Both the position numbers and the translations under genes were made by a program. This document shows positions 18,857 to 28,357 of a stretch of DNA of 64,000 bases, in pieces; the first letter of the stretch is position 1, and the number at the start of each line of letters is the position of its first letter. The notes below the pieces were generated by a model. It saw only the letters and a program-made list of their open reading frames with translations. It was not told the origin of the DNA and did not search any database. The DNA comes from an uncultured Lentisphaerales bacterium. GTDB taxonomy: Bacteria > Verrucomicrobiota > Lentisphaeria > JABSQK01 > UBA12247. The stretch covers positions 32,001-96,000 of the forward strand of contig CALSSJ010000002.1 of assembly GCA_943788985.1 (NCBI GenBank), read 5' to 3'.

Positions 18857-21217
18857 TTACTGATCGTGCATCGTGACGATCGTCACGCCATCCGATCCGG
18901 GCAGCTCACCAAACTTCGCCAGTCGAAAAGAATCCACCCCTCTGCAGTCCCGCAGCAACCGATGCACCGCGTCACGGAGCCTTCCCGTTCCGCGCCCATG
19001 CACCACGTGAAACTTGGCCAGCCCGGAAAGCCCAATGTCACTCAGGTGCTTCTCCAGCTTGGGCATGGCCTCATCCACGCGCATCCCTACCAGCACGATC
19101 TCCTGCGACACCGCCCGCGAGACCGGCGGCTTCGTCACGTGGGCGGCCGGCTTTGCCTTCTTCTTGGCCACCGCCAGCTGCGTTGCCGGAACCTGAAACC
19201 GCTTCCCGTCCACATCCACGCTCGCGCGGCCCTTATCGATGGCAAGTAGTGTCCCCTCCTCGCCCAGCAATTCCACGCGCACCCAATCTCCTACCTGCGG
19301 ATTCACAGCTGGCTGCTGCGGCACCTTCGGCTTCTCTGAGACTTCAACCACTGCCTGCGCCATGCGCTTCGACTTTTCCTGCGCCTTTGCTCGCAGCTCG
19401 CCTGCCTGCTTCTTATTGCCAGCCTGCTCCGCCTGCCGCAACATCTTATCCATGTCGCGACGCGTGTTGTCCACGATATTGCGTGCTTCTTGCTTGGCTT
19501 CCTTCAGCAAGCCCCGCCGCTGCTTCTTGAGTTCGCCCAACTCTTGCTGTAACTCGTCTCGCTCCTTCATCAGCTTCGCGTGCTGGCTGCGAATCTCGCC
19601 CAGCTTGTCACGCATCTCGCGATCCTGATCCTGCAACGAAGACAACAGATCTTCCACCTGTGTGTTGTCAGTCCCCGTCTGTTCGCGGCTAAACCCAATC
19701 ACCCGTTCCGGAATGCCGAACCGGCGCGCCACATCGAGTGCATGCGATGCGCCCGGCCTCCCCAGAATCAGCTTATACTCAGGCTTCAGCGTCTCCCTGT
19801 TAAACAAGACCGTCGAATTCAGCATCCGCACATCCTGCTGCACATGCTCCTTCACCACGCCCAGATGAGTCGTCGCCAACACCAGCACATCGCGCCTGGC
19901 CAGCTCGTCCAGAATCCCGCAGGCCAAGGCGCCGCCCTCGAGTGGATCCGTGCCTGCGCAAAGCTCATCCAGCATGATCAAATGCGTCCCTTGCTCGGTC
20001 GCCCGCATCATCGCGCTGATATTCTTCATATGCGCGCTGAACGTACTCAAATTCTGCTGCAGCGACTGCTCATCACCGATATCCGCGTGCAGCCCTTCAA
20101 ACCGTCGCAGCTGCGTCCGTGCATCCACCGGAATCGGCAGCCCCAGCTGCCCCAGTACCGTCAGCAGGCCAATCGTCTTCAGCACGATCGTCTTTCCCCC
20201 GGAATTCGAGCCCGTCACCGCCAACACCTTCATGTCCACGCCCAGCCGCATATCCAGAGGCACCAGCTCCTCCATGCGATTCTCCTCACGCAGCTGCGCC
20301 TGCAGCAGCGGGTGACGGGCGTCATGCATCACCAGCGCTTTCCCGAAAGGCACATAGCAGCAGTCAAAATCTCGAGACCAGTTACTCACCGCGCAAGCTA
20401 CATCGTACTCACACAGCGCCTCCTCATTCACTCGCAGCGCTGCGGAGTTCGCACGCACCAAGTCACTGAGTTCCGCCAGGATTTTGCGGCACTCGTCGCG
20501 TTCTTCCACCCGCAGCCCGGTCAGGTCGTTGCCCATCTCCACCAGCGCCTGCGGCTCCACGAACAACGTGCGCCCACTGTTCGACTGGTCATGGACAATC
20601 CCGCGAATCCGCGTGCGTAGCTCACGCCGCACCGGCACCACATACCGACCATTCCGCAGGTCGATATACTGGTCCTGCAGCGCCTCCTGAATGTGCGGAG
20701 TTCGCAACAGCGCTTCCAGCTTGGCATTGATCTGCGCCGAGAGCTGACGTAGTCCACGGCGCACCTCGTACAGCCGATCACTCGCTCGGTCCATGATCTC
20801 ACCCTTGCGATCAAACACTTGGTCGATCTTAGCCACCAGCTCATCGCACGGGTCCATCCTGTCCATACAGCTGCGGATTGCCTTGCAATTCAGCTCCCGA
20901 CGCCGAGCGAATGTCTTCAGTCGCTCCACCAGCTCCAGCACCCGGCGCAAGATCTCGAATTCATCTGCGCTCAGAATCACACCCTCGCGACGCGCGCTCG
21001 TCAGAATCTCTCGGAGCGACTGAAACGCCGCCACCGGCAGACTAATGTTCTTACTCAGCAAGCCCATGCACTCTTGCACCAACGTCCGTTGCGGCGCAGT
21101 TGCGGAGTCCGCAAGCGCAGCCAGACGCACCCGCCCGCTCTCCGATGCTGCGTAGTTCGCAATTTGCTCCAGAGTCTGGGGTACTTCCAAGACCCGGTAG
21201 GCATGCCTGTCGCTCAT
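18857..21217 (-). CDS. mutS2: Endonuclease MutS2
   Basis: GIVHDQSNSG, TGSNSGGKT, DIGDEQS, STFSAH, LDELCAGTDP, TTH, coiled coil, Smr domain HGRGTG. Confidence 0.96.
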   Translation of the reverse strand: MSDRHAYRVLEVPQTLEQIANYAASESGRVRLAALADSATAPQRTLVQECMGLLSKNISLPVAAFQSLREILTSARREGVILSADEFEILRRVLELVERLKTFARRRELNCKAIRSCMDRMDPCDELVAKIDQVFDRKGEIMDRASDRLYEVRRGLRQLSAQINAKLEALLRTPHIQEALQDQYIDLRNGRYVVPVRRELRTRIRGIVHDQSNSGRTLFVEPQALVEMGNDLTGLRVEERDECRKILAELSDLVRANSAALRVNEEALCEYDVACAVSNWSRDFDCCYVPFGKALVMHDARHPLLQAQLREENRMEELVPLDMRLGVDMKVLAVTGSNSGGKTIVLKTIGLLTVLGQLGLPIPVDARTQLRRFEGLHADIGDEQSLQQNLSTFSAHMKNISAMMRATEQGTHLIMLDELCAGTDPLEGGALACGILDELARRDVLVLATTHLGVVKEHVQQDVRMLNSTVLFNRETLKPEYKLILGRPGASHALDVARRFGIPERVIGFSREQTGTDNTQVEDLLSSLQDQDREMRDKLGEIRSQHAKLMKERDELQQELGELKKQRRGLLKEAKQEARNIVDNTRRDMDKMLRQAEQAGNKKQAGELRAKAQEKSKRMAQAVVEVSEKPKVPQQPAVNPQVGDWVRVELLGEEGTLLAIDKGRASVDVDGKRFQVPATQLAVAKKKAKPAAHVTKPPVSRAVSQEIVLVGMRVDEAMPKLEKHLSDIGLSGLAKFHVVHGRGTGRLRDAVHRLLRDCRGVDSFRLAKFGELPGSDGVTIVTMHDQ

Positions 21218-21271
21218 AGTCTCTTGCCTAGCCTGGATTCGTCATTTCCGGTATCATACACGCGATCCCGA

Positions 21272-22726
21272 CTAATCAGCAGTCGAATCCAGCGGATCTA
21301 CCTGATTGCCTGCCCGCAGCCAGCTCACGCCCCGCACCGCCAGAAACAGGTAAAACGGCAAATACTCGGCCGTTTGCAGCACCGCATACCGCGTCCTGCT
21401 ACCGGGCACATAGGCGATATGAAAGTTAAGGTAGTACAGCGAGGTAACCGCGAACAGCACCAGCAGCGACGGCGAGCGCACCAACAGCCAGAACGGCAAG
21501 CACCATAACAAATACCACGGATTCCCAACCGGCCCGATTAAAAACAACCAGGCCAGCGTCCACATACAGGCTCGGACCAGCTGCTGCTCACTCTTGACAC
21601 GCGTGGCCGCCCAGCACACACCACAGCCAAACAGGCCCAAGAGCAGCGCCTTCGTCCACCCGCCATCATCCCCCAGAACCAGCAGCACCAGCTCGTAGAT
21701 CGAGCCATTCATGATCCAGTCCCGTGAGAAAGCCTGCAGGCCCTCAAGTGGGGCCGGCACGCCCAGCACCAGCGGCAACGCCAGCAACACGCAAATCGCT
21801 GCGAACATCGCACTCCAGCGCAGTGCCGCCGCTCGCGACTGCCCGCGCCAAATCCAGCCCACCACCAACGGCGCCAGCACCACCGGCGTCAACTTCACGA
21901 AGGCTGCCCCCGCCAGCGCCACCGCAGCCAACACCGTCGCCCGCCGCAGAATCGCAATCATAAACACCGCCAGAAACAGCGCGCAGACCAGATCCACGTG
22001 CGCCGAATTCAGCCCCTCCTTCAGTACCAGCGGGCACCACGCATAGCCCAGCAGAAGCCCGCGCGGCAGCCGAGCCAGCACCAAGCACACATACAGCGCC
22101 ATCATCAACAGCCCGTCGACCAGCAGCATCGTCAAATGAAAGCCCCGCGGATTCCAACCATGCAGAGCCACATTCACCGCGAACGACACCTGGGCCATTG
22201 TCGGGTAGATCGTCTTCACATGCGGGTGATTGACCCGGTCATACACCAATTCAGCAGCCGCCAGCTGCTCGGGGTCAGTCTCAATCTCCCCCACCTCCAC
22301 CTCCTCAGGCGCTTGCGCGAACGGATGCTGCCCGGAGATCGCCACCTGCCCATCCCAGATGTAGCGATAAAAATCGGTCTCCTGAATCGGCTCCGCGCCC
22401 AGCATCACCAGCCGCATCACACCACCCGCGATCACGATCCAAGCCAGCGCCCGGAACGATTCGCAGCGCGGCGCCAGTCGCATCGCCACGGCAAACACCA
22501 CCCACGTCAGCAGATACAGCCCCGTGAACAGAAAAATCGGGCGTTCTTCCTGATTCTCGGCATAGCTGAATACAGCGCTCAGCTTCGCGATCCCGGCCCA
22601 GATCCCGATTAGCGCGAGTGCACAACAGACCAATCCCCGGGTCGTTCCGGAGTTCGCAGAAGTCTCAGACTGTCCAGATACCAAGCTGTACCCAATGCGC
22701 GAACCACCCCTGAATAGAGGATCCAA
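21272..22726 (-). CDS. Multi-TM GT-C type glycosyltransferase (GT87/DUF2029-like)
   Basis: DFYRYIWDG, HPHVKTIYP, YAWCPL...AHVD, VKLTP, NPWYLLW; about 10-11 TM segments. Exact start uncertain. Confidence 0.7.
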   Translation of the reverse strand: MDPLFRGGSRIGYSLVSGQSETSANSGTTRGLVCCALALIGIWAGIAKLSAVFSYAENQEERPIFLFTGLYLLTWVVFAVAMRLAPRCESFRALAWIVIAGGVMRLVMLGAEPIQETDFYRYIWDGQVAISGQHPFAQAPEEVEVGEIETDPEQLAAAELVYDRVNHPHVKTIYPTMAQVSFAVNVALHGWNPRGFHLTMLLVDGLLMMALYVCLVLARLPRGLLLGYAWCPLVLKEGLNSAHVDLVCALFLAVFMIAILRRATVLAAVALAGAAFVKLTPVVLAPLVVGWIWRGQSRAAALRWSAMFAAICVLLALPLVLGVPAPLEGLQAFSRDWIMNGSIYELVLLVLGDDGGWTKALLLGLFGCGVCWAATRVKSEQQLVRACMWTLAWLFLIGPVGNPWYLLWCLPFWLLVRSPSLLVLFAVTSLYYLNFHIAYVPGSRTRYAVLQTAEYLPFYLFLAVRGVSWLRAGNQVDPLDSTAD

Positions 22727-23498
22727 GCTGCGCGCGATCTTGTTCGTTTGCTGTCGATTCGACCCTAGAAATCGCCTGGTCGAGCGGGTGTCCGGCAGCC
22801 AGCGCTGCCAGTAGTTGATATTGCGAAGCGCTCAGTGCCTCAGCGGCCTGCCGTCCACTCTGGTCGCGATAGAGCAGCCACCAACCAGCCTCACGTGCGG
22901 GGCTCGGAACCGCCTCCCGGCCTTCGGCCAGCTTCAACAGTGCGCGCGTCTCGTACAGGCTCCACTCTTCCTGAAACAGCGCCACGTAGGGCTGCAGCCG
23001 CAGCACGCGTGAACCGATCGCCGCCCGATCGCCCTCGCTCAGCGAAGCCGGGTCAAACCCCGGCTCCTCGCCGGCGATAAAGGCCCCCGCCAGAATGGTC
23101 TCCAACTCCGCCGCCTGGCACACCGCCAGATCTTCACGCCACGGCTCATGCTCTGCCAAAAACTCAAGCAAGTGATTCGCGAGGTCATTTAGCGATGGGC
23201 TGTCAGGTGGATAGCAGTCCAGATAGGCGCTGACCATCTGGTTAAACGCGTCGATCCCCAGCATCTGCTCCAAGAGCGGATACTCCTCCTGCATCACCGT
23301 CAGCAGCCGAAACCAATACTGGCGGTTATAAACCGCGACGCGATCCGCCTCCGCCTGCGCCAGCAATTCCGGCGCATATCGCTCCGTTTGACAGCGAAAG
23401 GCACCGCTCTCACCGAACTCAAACGGCTCCGAGATCGCGCTCCCGAAGTCGCGCTGCAGCACCTTCAACGATGCAGGTGGTTTAATCTGTTTCGGCAT
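22665..23498 (-). CDS. DUF2063 / HvfC-BufC-like MNIO partner protein
   Basis: RVAVYNRQYWFRLL..MQEEYP.L..LG...F...V..YL...PP.S; directly downstream of, and overlapping, the DUF692 gene. Confidence 0.85.
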   Translation of the reverse strand: MPKQIKPPASLKVLQRDFGSAISEPFEFGESGAFRCQTERYAPELLAQAEADRVAVYNRQYWFRLLTVMQEEYPLLEQMLGIDAFNQMVSAYLDCYPPDSPSLNDLANHLLEFLAEHEPWREDLAVCQAAELETILAGAFIAGEEPGFDPASLSEGDRAAIGSRVLRLQPYVALFQEEWSLYETRALLKLAEGREAVPSPAREAGWWLLYRDQSGRQAAEALSASQYQLLAALAAGHPLDQAISRVESTANEQDRAQLGSSIQGWFAHWVQLGIWTV

Positions 23499-24321
23499 AA
23501 GCCTGCTGAATCTCCTTAGCTTTCATCGCCTCCGCCAGCGTCTCTTCAAAGGATAAAAACTCAGCATCCCATTCGAGCACCGTTGTCACCCCACCCGTGC
23601 GCGCATGCACCGTGCGATAGAGCTCCCAGACCTGCTCCTTTACGTAGTTATCATGCGTGTCCAGCAGCAGCCCGTCGGGAAGTTCGCTATGACCAGCCAC
23701 ATGCACCTGCAGCACACGCTCATAGGGGATATGCCGCAAATACTCGCCTGCATCGAACCCGTGATTCACGCTCGAGACGAACACATTATTCACATCCAAC
23801 ATCATCGACACATCGGCCTGCTCCACCACCTCCCGATAAAACTCCCACTCGGTCATCTCGGAGTTCCGAAAAGTCACATAGCTCGACAAGTTCTCCAAGG
23901 CCAGCGGCAGCTCCAAGTAATCCTGCGCAATCCGCGCCTTCTCCGCGATGAACCGCGCGTACTCCCGCGTGTACGGGACCGGCAGCAAGTCGTGGTATTG
24001 ATGCGTGTGGGCGCGCGTCCAGCACAAGTGATCACTCAGCCACGGCGTCCCCGTCCGCGCACACAGCGCCTTCAACCGCGCCAGGTACTCAAAATCCAGC
24101 GCCTCCGCCGAGGCGATACTCAGCGACACCCCATGCTGGATCACCGGATACCGCTCCAGAATCCGATCCAGGTTTCTGAGTGGCATCCCCCCAGCCACCA
24201 TGAAATTCTCAGAGATAATCTCGAAAAAATCCACAGCCGGCCACTGCTCGAAGATGTGGGCATAGTGCGGAATCCGCAACCCCACGCCCACCCCGAGATT
24301 CTGTGCTGTACATGCCGCCAT
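23482..24321 (-). CDS. DUF692 family multinuclear non-heme iron oxidative enzyme (MNIO)
   Basis: GVGLRIPH, FFEIISENF, HGVSLSI, SDHLCW, DLLPVP, LENLSSY, LDVNNV, QVHVAGH, DTH, EWD. Confidence 0.95.
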   Translation of the reverse strand: MAACTAQNLGVGVGLRIPHYAHIFEQWPAVDFFEIISENFMVAGGMPLRNLDRILERYPVIQHGVSLSIASAEALDFEYLARLKALCARTGTPWLSDHLCWTRAHTHQYHDLLPVPYTREYARFIAEKARIAQDYLELPLALENLSSYVTFRNSEMTEWEFYREVVEQADVSMMLDVNNVFVSSVNHGFDAGEYLRHIPYERVLQVHVAGHSELPDGLLLDTHDNYVKEQVWELYRTVHARTGGVTTVLEWDAEFLSFEETLAEAMKAKEIQQAYAETD

Positions 24322-24494
24322 TTCCGCTATGTTCCGTCAGGACCCTGATTAATTCATGCGAGTAGCCAGACCGCCAATCTACTGCCTGCGTAGAGCGCCT
24401 GCACGGCGAAACCCGGATCATTCACTGAAAGCGGAGAATGCTGCGCGGCGCTGTACTGTACGCGGCTTCATTGCTCACTTAAGGAGATCCTGCT

Positions 24495-25736
24495 TTGAAA
24501 AAGACGCTTCGCGACTTGGAGCTATCGAGTAAGCGCGTCATCATGCGCGCCGACTTTAATGTCCCACTGAAGAACGGGACCATTACGGACGACGCACGCA
24601 TTTGCGGCGCGCTACCGAGCATTCAACACATTCTGGACCAAGGCGCATCACTCATCCTGATGAGCCACCTTGGCCGCCCAGCCGAAACCGGCTTCGAGGC
24701 CAAATTCAGCCTCAAGCCAGTCGCTGAGCGCCTGGCCGAACTTGTCGACGCCCCCGTCACACTCGCTGGCGATTGCATAGGTGACGACGTCGCCGCCCAG
24801 GCCGCCGCCCTCCAACCGGGCGAGATCCTGATCCTGGAGAACACTCGCTTCCATAAAGCAGAGCAAGCCAAGGCCGAAAAAGGCCTCGAAGGCGACGCCA
24901 AAGCAGCACGGAAAGCCGAGCTGGCAGCTGCCCAGGAAGCCATGGGCCGCGAGCTTGCAGCGCTAGCTGACGTCTATGTCAACGACGCCTTTGGCACAGC
25001 CCATCGCGCCCACGCCTCCACCTCCATCATTGCGAAGTTTGCAACAGAATCCGCCGTCGGCTTTCTCATCGAGAAAGAGCTCAAGTTCCTCGGGGACACC
25101 ATCGAGAACGCCGAGAAACCCTTCGTCGCCATCATCGGCGGCGCCAAGATTTCTGGCAAGCTCGAAGTGCTCAAAAGTCTGATTGGCAAGGTCGACACCA
25201 TTCTCATTGGTGGGGGCATGGCCTACACCTTCCAGAAGGCCCAGGGTCGCTCCATCGGTGGCTCCATCCATGAGGATGACCTCATGCCCACCAGCCTCGA
25301 AATCCTGGCAGAAGCCAAGGCCAAAGGTACCGAGATCCTGCTCCCGATTGATACCGTAATCGCAGACGACTTCAGTGTCGATGCCAACACCCAGATCACC
25401 GGCGGAGGCTACGACAAGCCTTGGGAAGGCCTGGACATCGGACCTGAAGCCACCAAGCACTTCTGCGCTGCCATCTCCGCAGCCAAGACCGTCATCTGGA
25501 ACGGCCCCATGGGCTGCTTCGAAATGGAGCCATTTTCTCACGGCACCAACGCGGTCGCCCAGGCGCTCGCAGACTCAGACGCTATCAGCATCATCGGCGG
25601 CGGCGACTCAGCCGCTGCTGTTCGTCAAGCGGGGCTCGTCGACGCAATGAGCCACGTATCCACCGGAGGCGGTGCCTCCCTGGAATTCCTCGAAGGAAAA
25701 ATCCTACCAGGCGTCGACGCCGTACAGGACGTATAA
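24495..25736 (+). CDS. pgk: Phosphoglycerate kinase
   Basis: RADFNVP, SHLGRP, ENTRF, NDAFGTAHRAHAS, WNGPMG, STGGGASLE; AAGGAG RBS, TTG start. Confidence 0.98.
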   Translation: MKKTLRDLELSSKRVIMRADFNVPLKNGTITDDARICGALPSIQHILDQGASLILMSHLGRPAETGFEAKFSLKPVAERLAELVDAPVTLAGDCIGDDVAAQAAALQPGEILILENTRFHKAEQAKAEKGLEGDAKAARKAELAAAQEAMGRELAALADVYVNDAFGTAHRAHASTSIIAKFATESAVGFLIEKELKFLGDTIENAEKPFVAIIGGAKISGKLEVLKSLIGKVDTILIGGGMAYTFQKAQGRSIGGSIHEDDLMPTSLEILAEAKAKGTEILLPIDTVIADDFSVDANTQITGGGYDKPWEGLDIGPEATKHFCAAISAAKTVIWNGPMGCFEMEPFSHGTNAVAQALADSDAISIIGGGDSAAAVRQAGLVDAMSHVSTGGGASLEFLEGKILPGVDAVQDV

Positions 25737-25748
25737 GGAGCGGAGCAA

Positions 25749-26510
25749 ATGGCTCGCACACTCATCATCGCTGGCAACTGGAAGCTTAATCACACCGCTG
25801 CACAAGCGAAAGCAATGGTTGCCGAACTCAAAGATCTGGTCGCAGACGTCACCACCATCGACATGGTACTCTGCCCGACCTTTACCGTCATCAGCAGCGT
25901 CGCTGCCGCTGCCGCTGGCAGCAGCATCGCCGTCGGCGCCCAGAACATCCATTGGGCCGAATCCGGAGCCTTCACCGGCGAACTCAATGCCGAGATGCTC
26001 AAGGACGCAGGCGCGACCTACGCTATCATCGGGCACAGCGAACGCCGCCAGTACTTCGGCGAGACCGACCAGACCGTCAGCCAGCGCCTCCGCGCCACGC
26101 TCGACGGCGGCTTGAAGCCCATCGTCTGCATTGGCGAAACGCTCGAGCAGCGCGAAGCCGACGAGACCAATACCGTTCTTGCTACCCAGCTGGACGGTGG
26201 CCTCGCTGGCCTCAGCGCCGACGAAGTCGCAAATCTCGTCCTCGCCTATGAGCCCGTCTGGGCCATCGGCACCGGCAAGACTGCATCCCCCCAGCAGGCC
26301 CAAGACACTCACGCGTTCATTCGCAGCCATGTCGCAGCCAGCTTTGGCGACGCAGCAGCAGCTGGCGTCCGCATTCAGTACGGCGGTTCAGTCAAGCCAG
26401 GCAATGCCGCCGAACTCATGGGCCAGCCGGATATCGACGGTGCGCTAGTAGGCGGTGCCAGTCTCAAGGCTGCTGACTTCAGCGAGATTCTGCATAACTC
26501 ACAGACGTGA
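25749..26510 (+). CDS. tpiA: Triosephosphate isomerase
   Basis: AGNWK, GHSERR, AYEPVWAIGTG, YGGSVK, LVGGASL. Confidence 0.98.
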   Translation: MARTLIIAGNWKLNHTAAQAKAMVAELKDLVADVTTIDMVLCPTFTVISSVAAAAAGSSIAVGAQNIHWAESGAFTGELNAEMLKDAGATYAIIGHSERRQYFGETDQTVSQRLRATLDGGLKPIVCIGETLEQREADETNTVLATQLDGGLAGLSADEVANLVLAYEPVWAIGTGKTASPQQAQDTHAFIRSHVAASFGDAAAAGVRIQYGGSVKPGNAAELMGQPDIDGALVGGASLKAADFSEILHNSQT

Positions 26511-28357
26511 GTGACGCAATCGAAGTGATGGAAGCATCGGCTGCGGAACCGCAGTCGGCGTTTCAATCTGTCTATATCATCCCGCTCGAGGGCTGCTTTG
26601 CTGCGCACGCAGAAGATCAGCTTCGCGTGCGGTACGATGCTGAGAAGCGCTGCGCCGTACTCATCCGCCCCCAGGGGCGGGACCGGCGCTGGGATCTCAT
26701 CAGCAACCGCGTGCTCATGCTCAAGCTCGAACACGAAGGTGCCGAGGCCCTGACTCTGTGCCTCGAGTTTGCCAACACCAAGCATACCGTGGAATTGCCG
26801 CCCACAGGCGGGACTGAGCTCAGCCTTCCCATAGAACTGCCACGCCGCAAGTCCCTGCCCATGCGGCTGGAACTGTCCTGGCAGATGATTCGTCCCGGCG
26901 AGCTGCGCATCACTGACCTTGCCTGCGCCAAGCCTCCGCAGGCGGTGGCCGACGCCGTATTAGACGCCTATGGCCTGCGCATCGACAACGAAGCCTCTGA
27001 GTCCATAAACGACGAAGCGATTGCGGAGTTTGCAAACGCCCCACTTCCTGAGCCACCGACCGGGCGTGGCCCATTTGGCAGTTGGGAAGAGGGGCCCGTC
27101 TTCGATCCACCCGGCACCTTTGCGCTCGACCGTGACCAAGATGGCCGCCCCTGGCTCGTCACCCCCGGCGGGTCCGGCATGCGTAGCTTCGGCTGCCATG
27201 GCGTCAGTGTCGAAGCAGCCGCCTTACCGCGCTCCGCAGATCTGAACATTATCGACGGCTTACCCGACCGCGAAAGCGCACTCGTGCAAGCATGGCGCGG
27301 CTTTGCCAAAAGCGAGCCCCATCTCCCCGAGATGTATCCCGCCCACCTCTACGGCGACTCCCGCGGTAAGTTTGTCAACCTCCACATTGCGAACCTCGCA
27401 CGCGTCTGGGGCAGTGCGTGGCACGACCCGTGGTGCACCCAAACAGAAAGCCGCCTGCGCAGCCTAGGCTTCAACACCTTGGGCACCCGTTCCGACCTCG
27501 AGCTGGCCGAGCGCTGCGACATGCCTTACCTCCTCGAGGCCGACCGCGTCTGCGCCCGCAACTTCAAAGAACTCCTCGCCCGGCCCAAGCATCCCACCTT
27601 TCCGCTTCCCACCATCCCGGACGCCTTCAATAACGGCTTGCGTAAGCGAGTAAAAGGCTGGTTTCGGCCGCTTCGCGCCCTGCGTGCCGACCCCCACCTG
27701 CTCGGCTACATCGTCAACGCTGGCGTCCCTTGGCATCTGTTCCAGACCCCGTTCGCTATGCCAGGCGGCTGGCAAAGCCGACGGACCTTCATGGCCAAGC
27801 TCAAGAAGAAGTACGAGACCATCGAAGCCCTCAACGAAGCCTGGGGCAGCGATCACGCCAGCTGGAAGAAGATCTCAACCCTTCAGCAAGCTGCGCCGCC
27901 CGAGATAAGCGAAGCCGGCAAGGCCGACTGTAATGAGTTTCTTGCGGAGTTCGCAGATCGCTACTTCTCGATCGTCACCCGCGAGCTGCGCTTTGCCGAC
28001 AGCCACCATCTCATCTGGGGCTGTCGCCTGCCATCGCTCGACCTCGCACCAGGTGTGCTGGACGCCATCGCTGCACACTGCGATATCGTCTCCGCCACCA
28101 CGGCTGCGGACATCGCCAAGCCAGTCGCCGTGATGCCCGACGACAGCACTCCCATCACTGCGGAGTTCGCAACCGCCTGTTTGCGGAATCCGCAAGTAGT
28201 CGGCTTCTTCTGGCCTTCGTTCGTTGCCGAGCCAGCTTTGGCCGAGGAACAAACCAGCCAGGCACTGACCGAGATCACTGGTCGACTGCCAGCAGAAACC
28301 GTCGAGAGAATGCGCACCATCTCCACCGCGTTATACCAGGTCAGCGCCGAGGAATGA
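26507..28357 (+). CDS. GH50 (beta-agarase)-like protein, catalytic residues apparently degenerate
   Basis: WLVTPGG, RLRSLGFNTLG, PDAF, DPHLLGY, KYETIEALNEAWG, YFSIV...DSHHLIWGCR; GTGA overlap with tpiA. Confidence 0.7.
   Translation: MSDAIEVMEASAAEPQSAFQSVYIIPLEGCFAAHAEDQLRVRYDAEKRCAVLIRPQGRDRRWDLISNRVLMLKLEHEGAEALTLCLEFANTKHTVELPPTGGTELSLPIELPRRKSLPMRLELSWQMIRPGELRITDLACAKPPQAVADAVLDAYGLRIDNEASESINDEAIAEFANAPLPEPPTGRGPFGSWEEGPVFDPPGTFALDRDQDGRPWLVTPGGSGMRSFGCHGVSVEAAALPRSADLNIIDGLPDRESALVQAWRGFAKSEPHLPEMYPAHLYGDSRGKFVNLHIANLARVWGSAWHDPWCTQTESRLRSLGFNTLGTRSDLELAERCDMPYLLEADRVCARNFKELLARPKHPTFPLPTIPDAFNNGLRKRVKGWFRPLRALRADPHLLGYIVNAGVPWHLFQTPFAMPGGWQSRRTFMAKLKKKYETIEALNEAWGSDHASWKKISTLQQAAPPEISEAGKADCNEFLAEFADRYFSIVTRELRFADSHHLIWGCRLPSLDLAPGVLDAIAAHCDIVSATTAADIAKPVAVMPDDSTPITAEFATACLRNPQVVGFFWPSFVAEPALAEEQTSQALTEITGRLPAETVERMRTISTALYQVSAEE

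Noticed and set aside
19580..20620. Long antisense ORFs (e.g. 346 aa opposite mutS2, and many similar ones)
   Set aside because: These are typical high-GC shadow frames opposite clear genes and carry no recognisable motifs.
24209..24421. 70-aa ORF upstream of and overlapping the MNIO gene as a RiPP precursor
   Set aside because: It overlaps the MNIO coding frame by more than 110 bp and has no signal peptide or repeated Cys motif, so it is most likely a shadow ORF.
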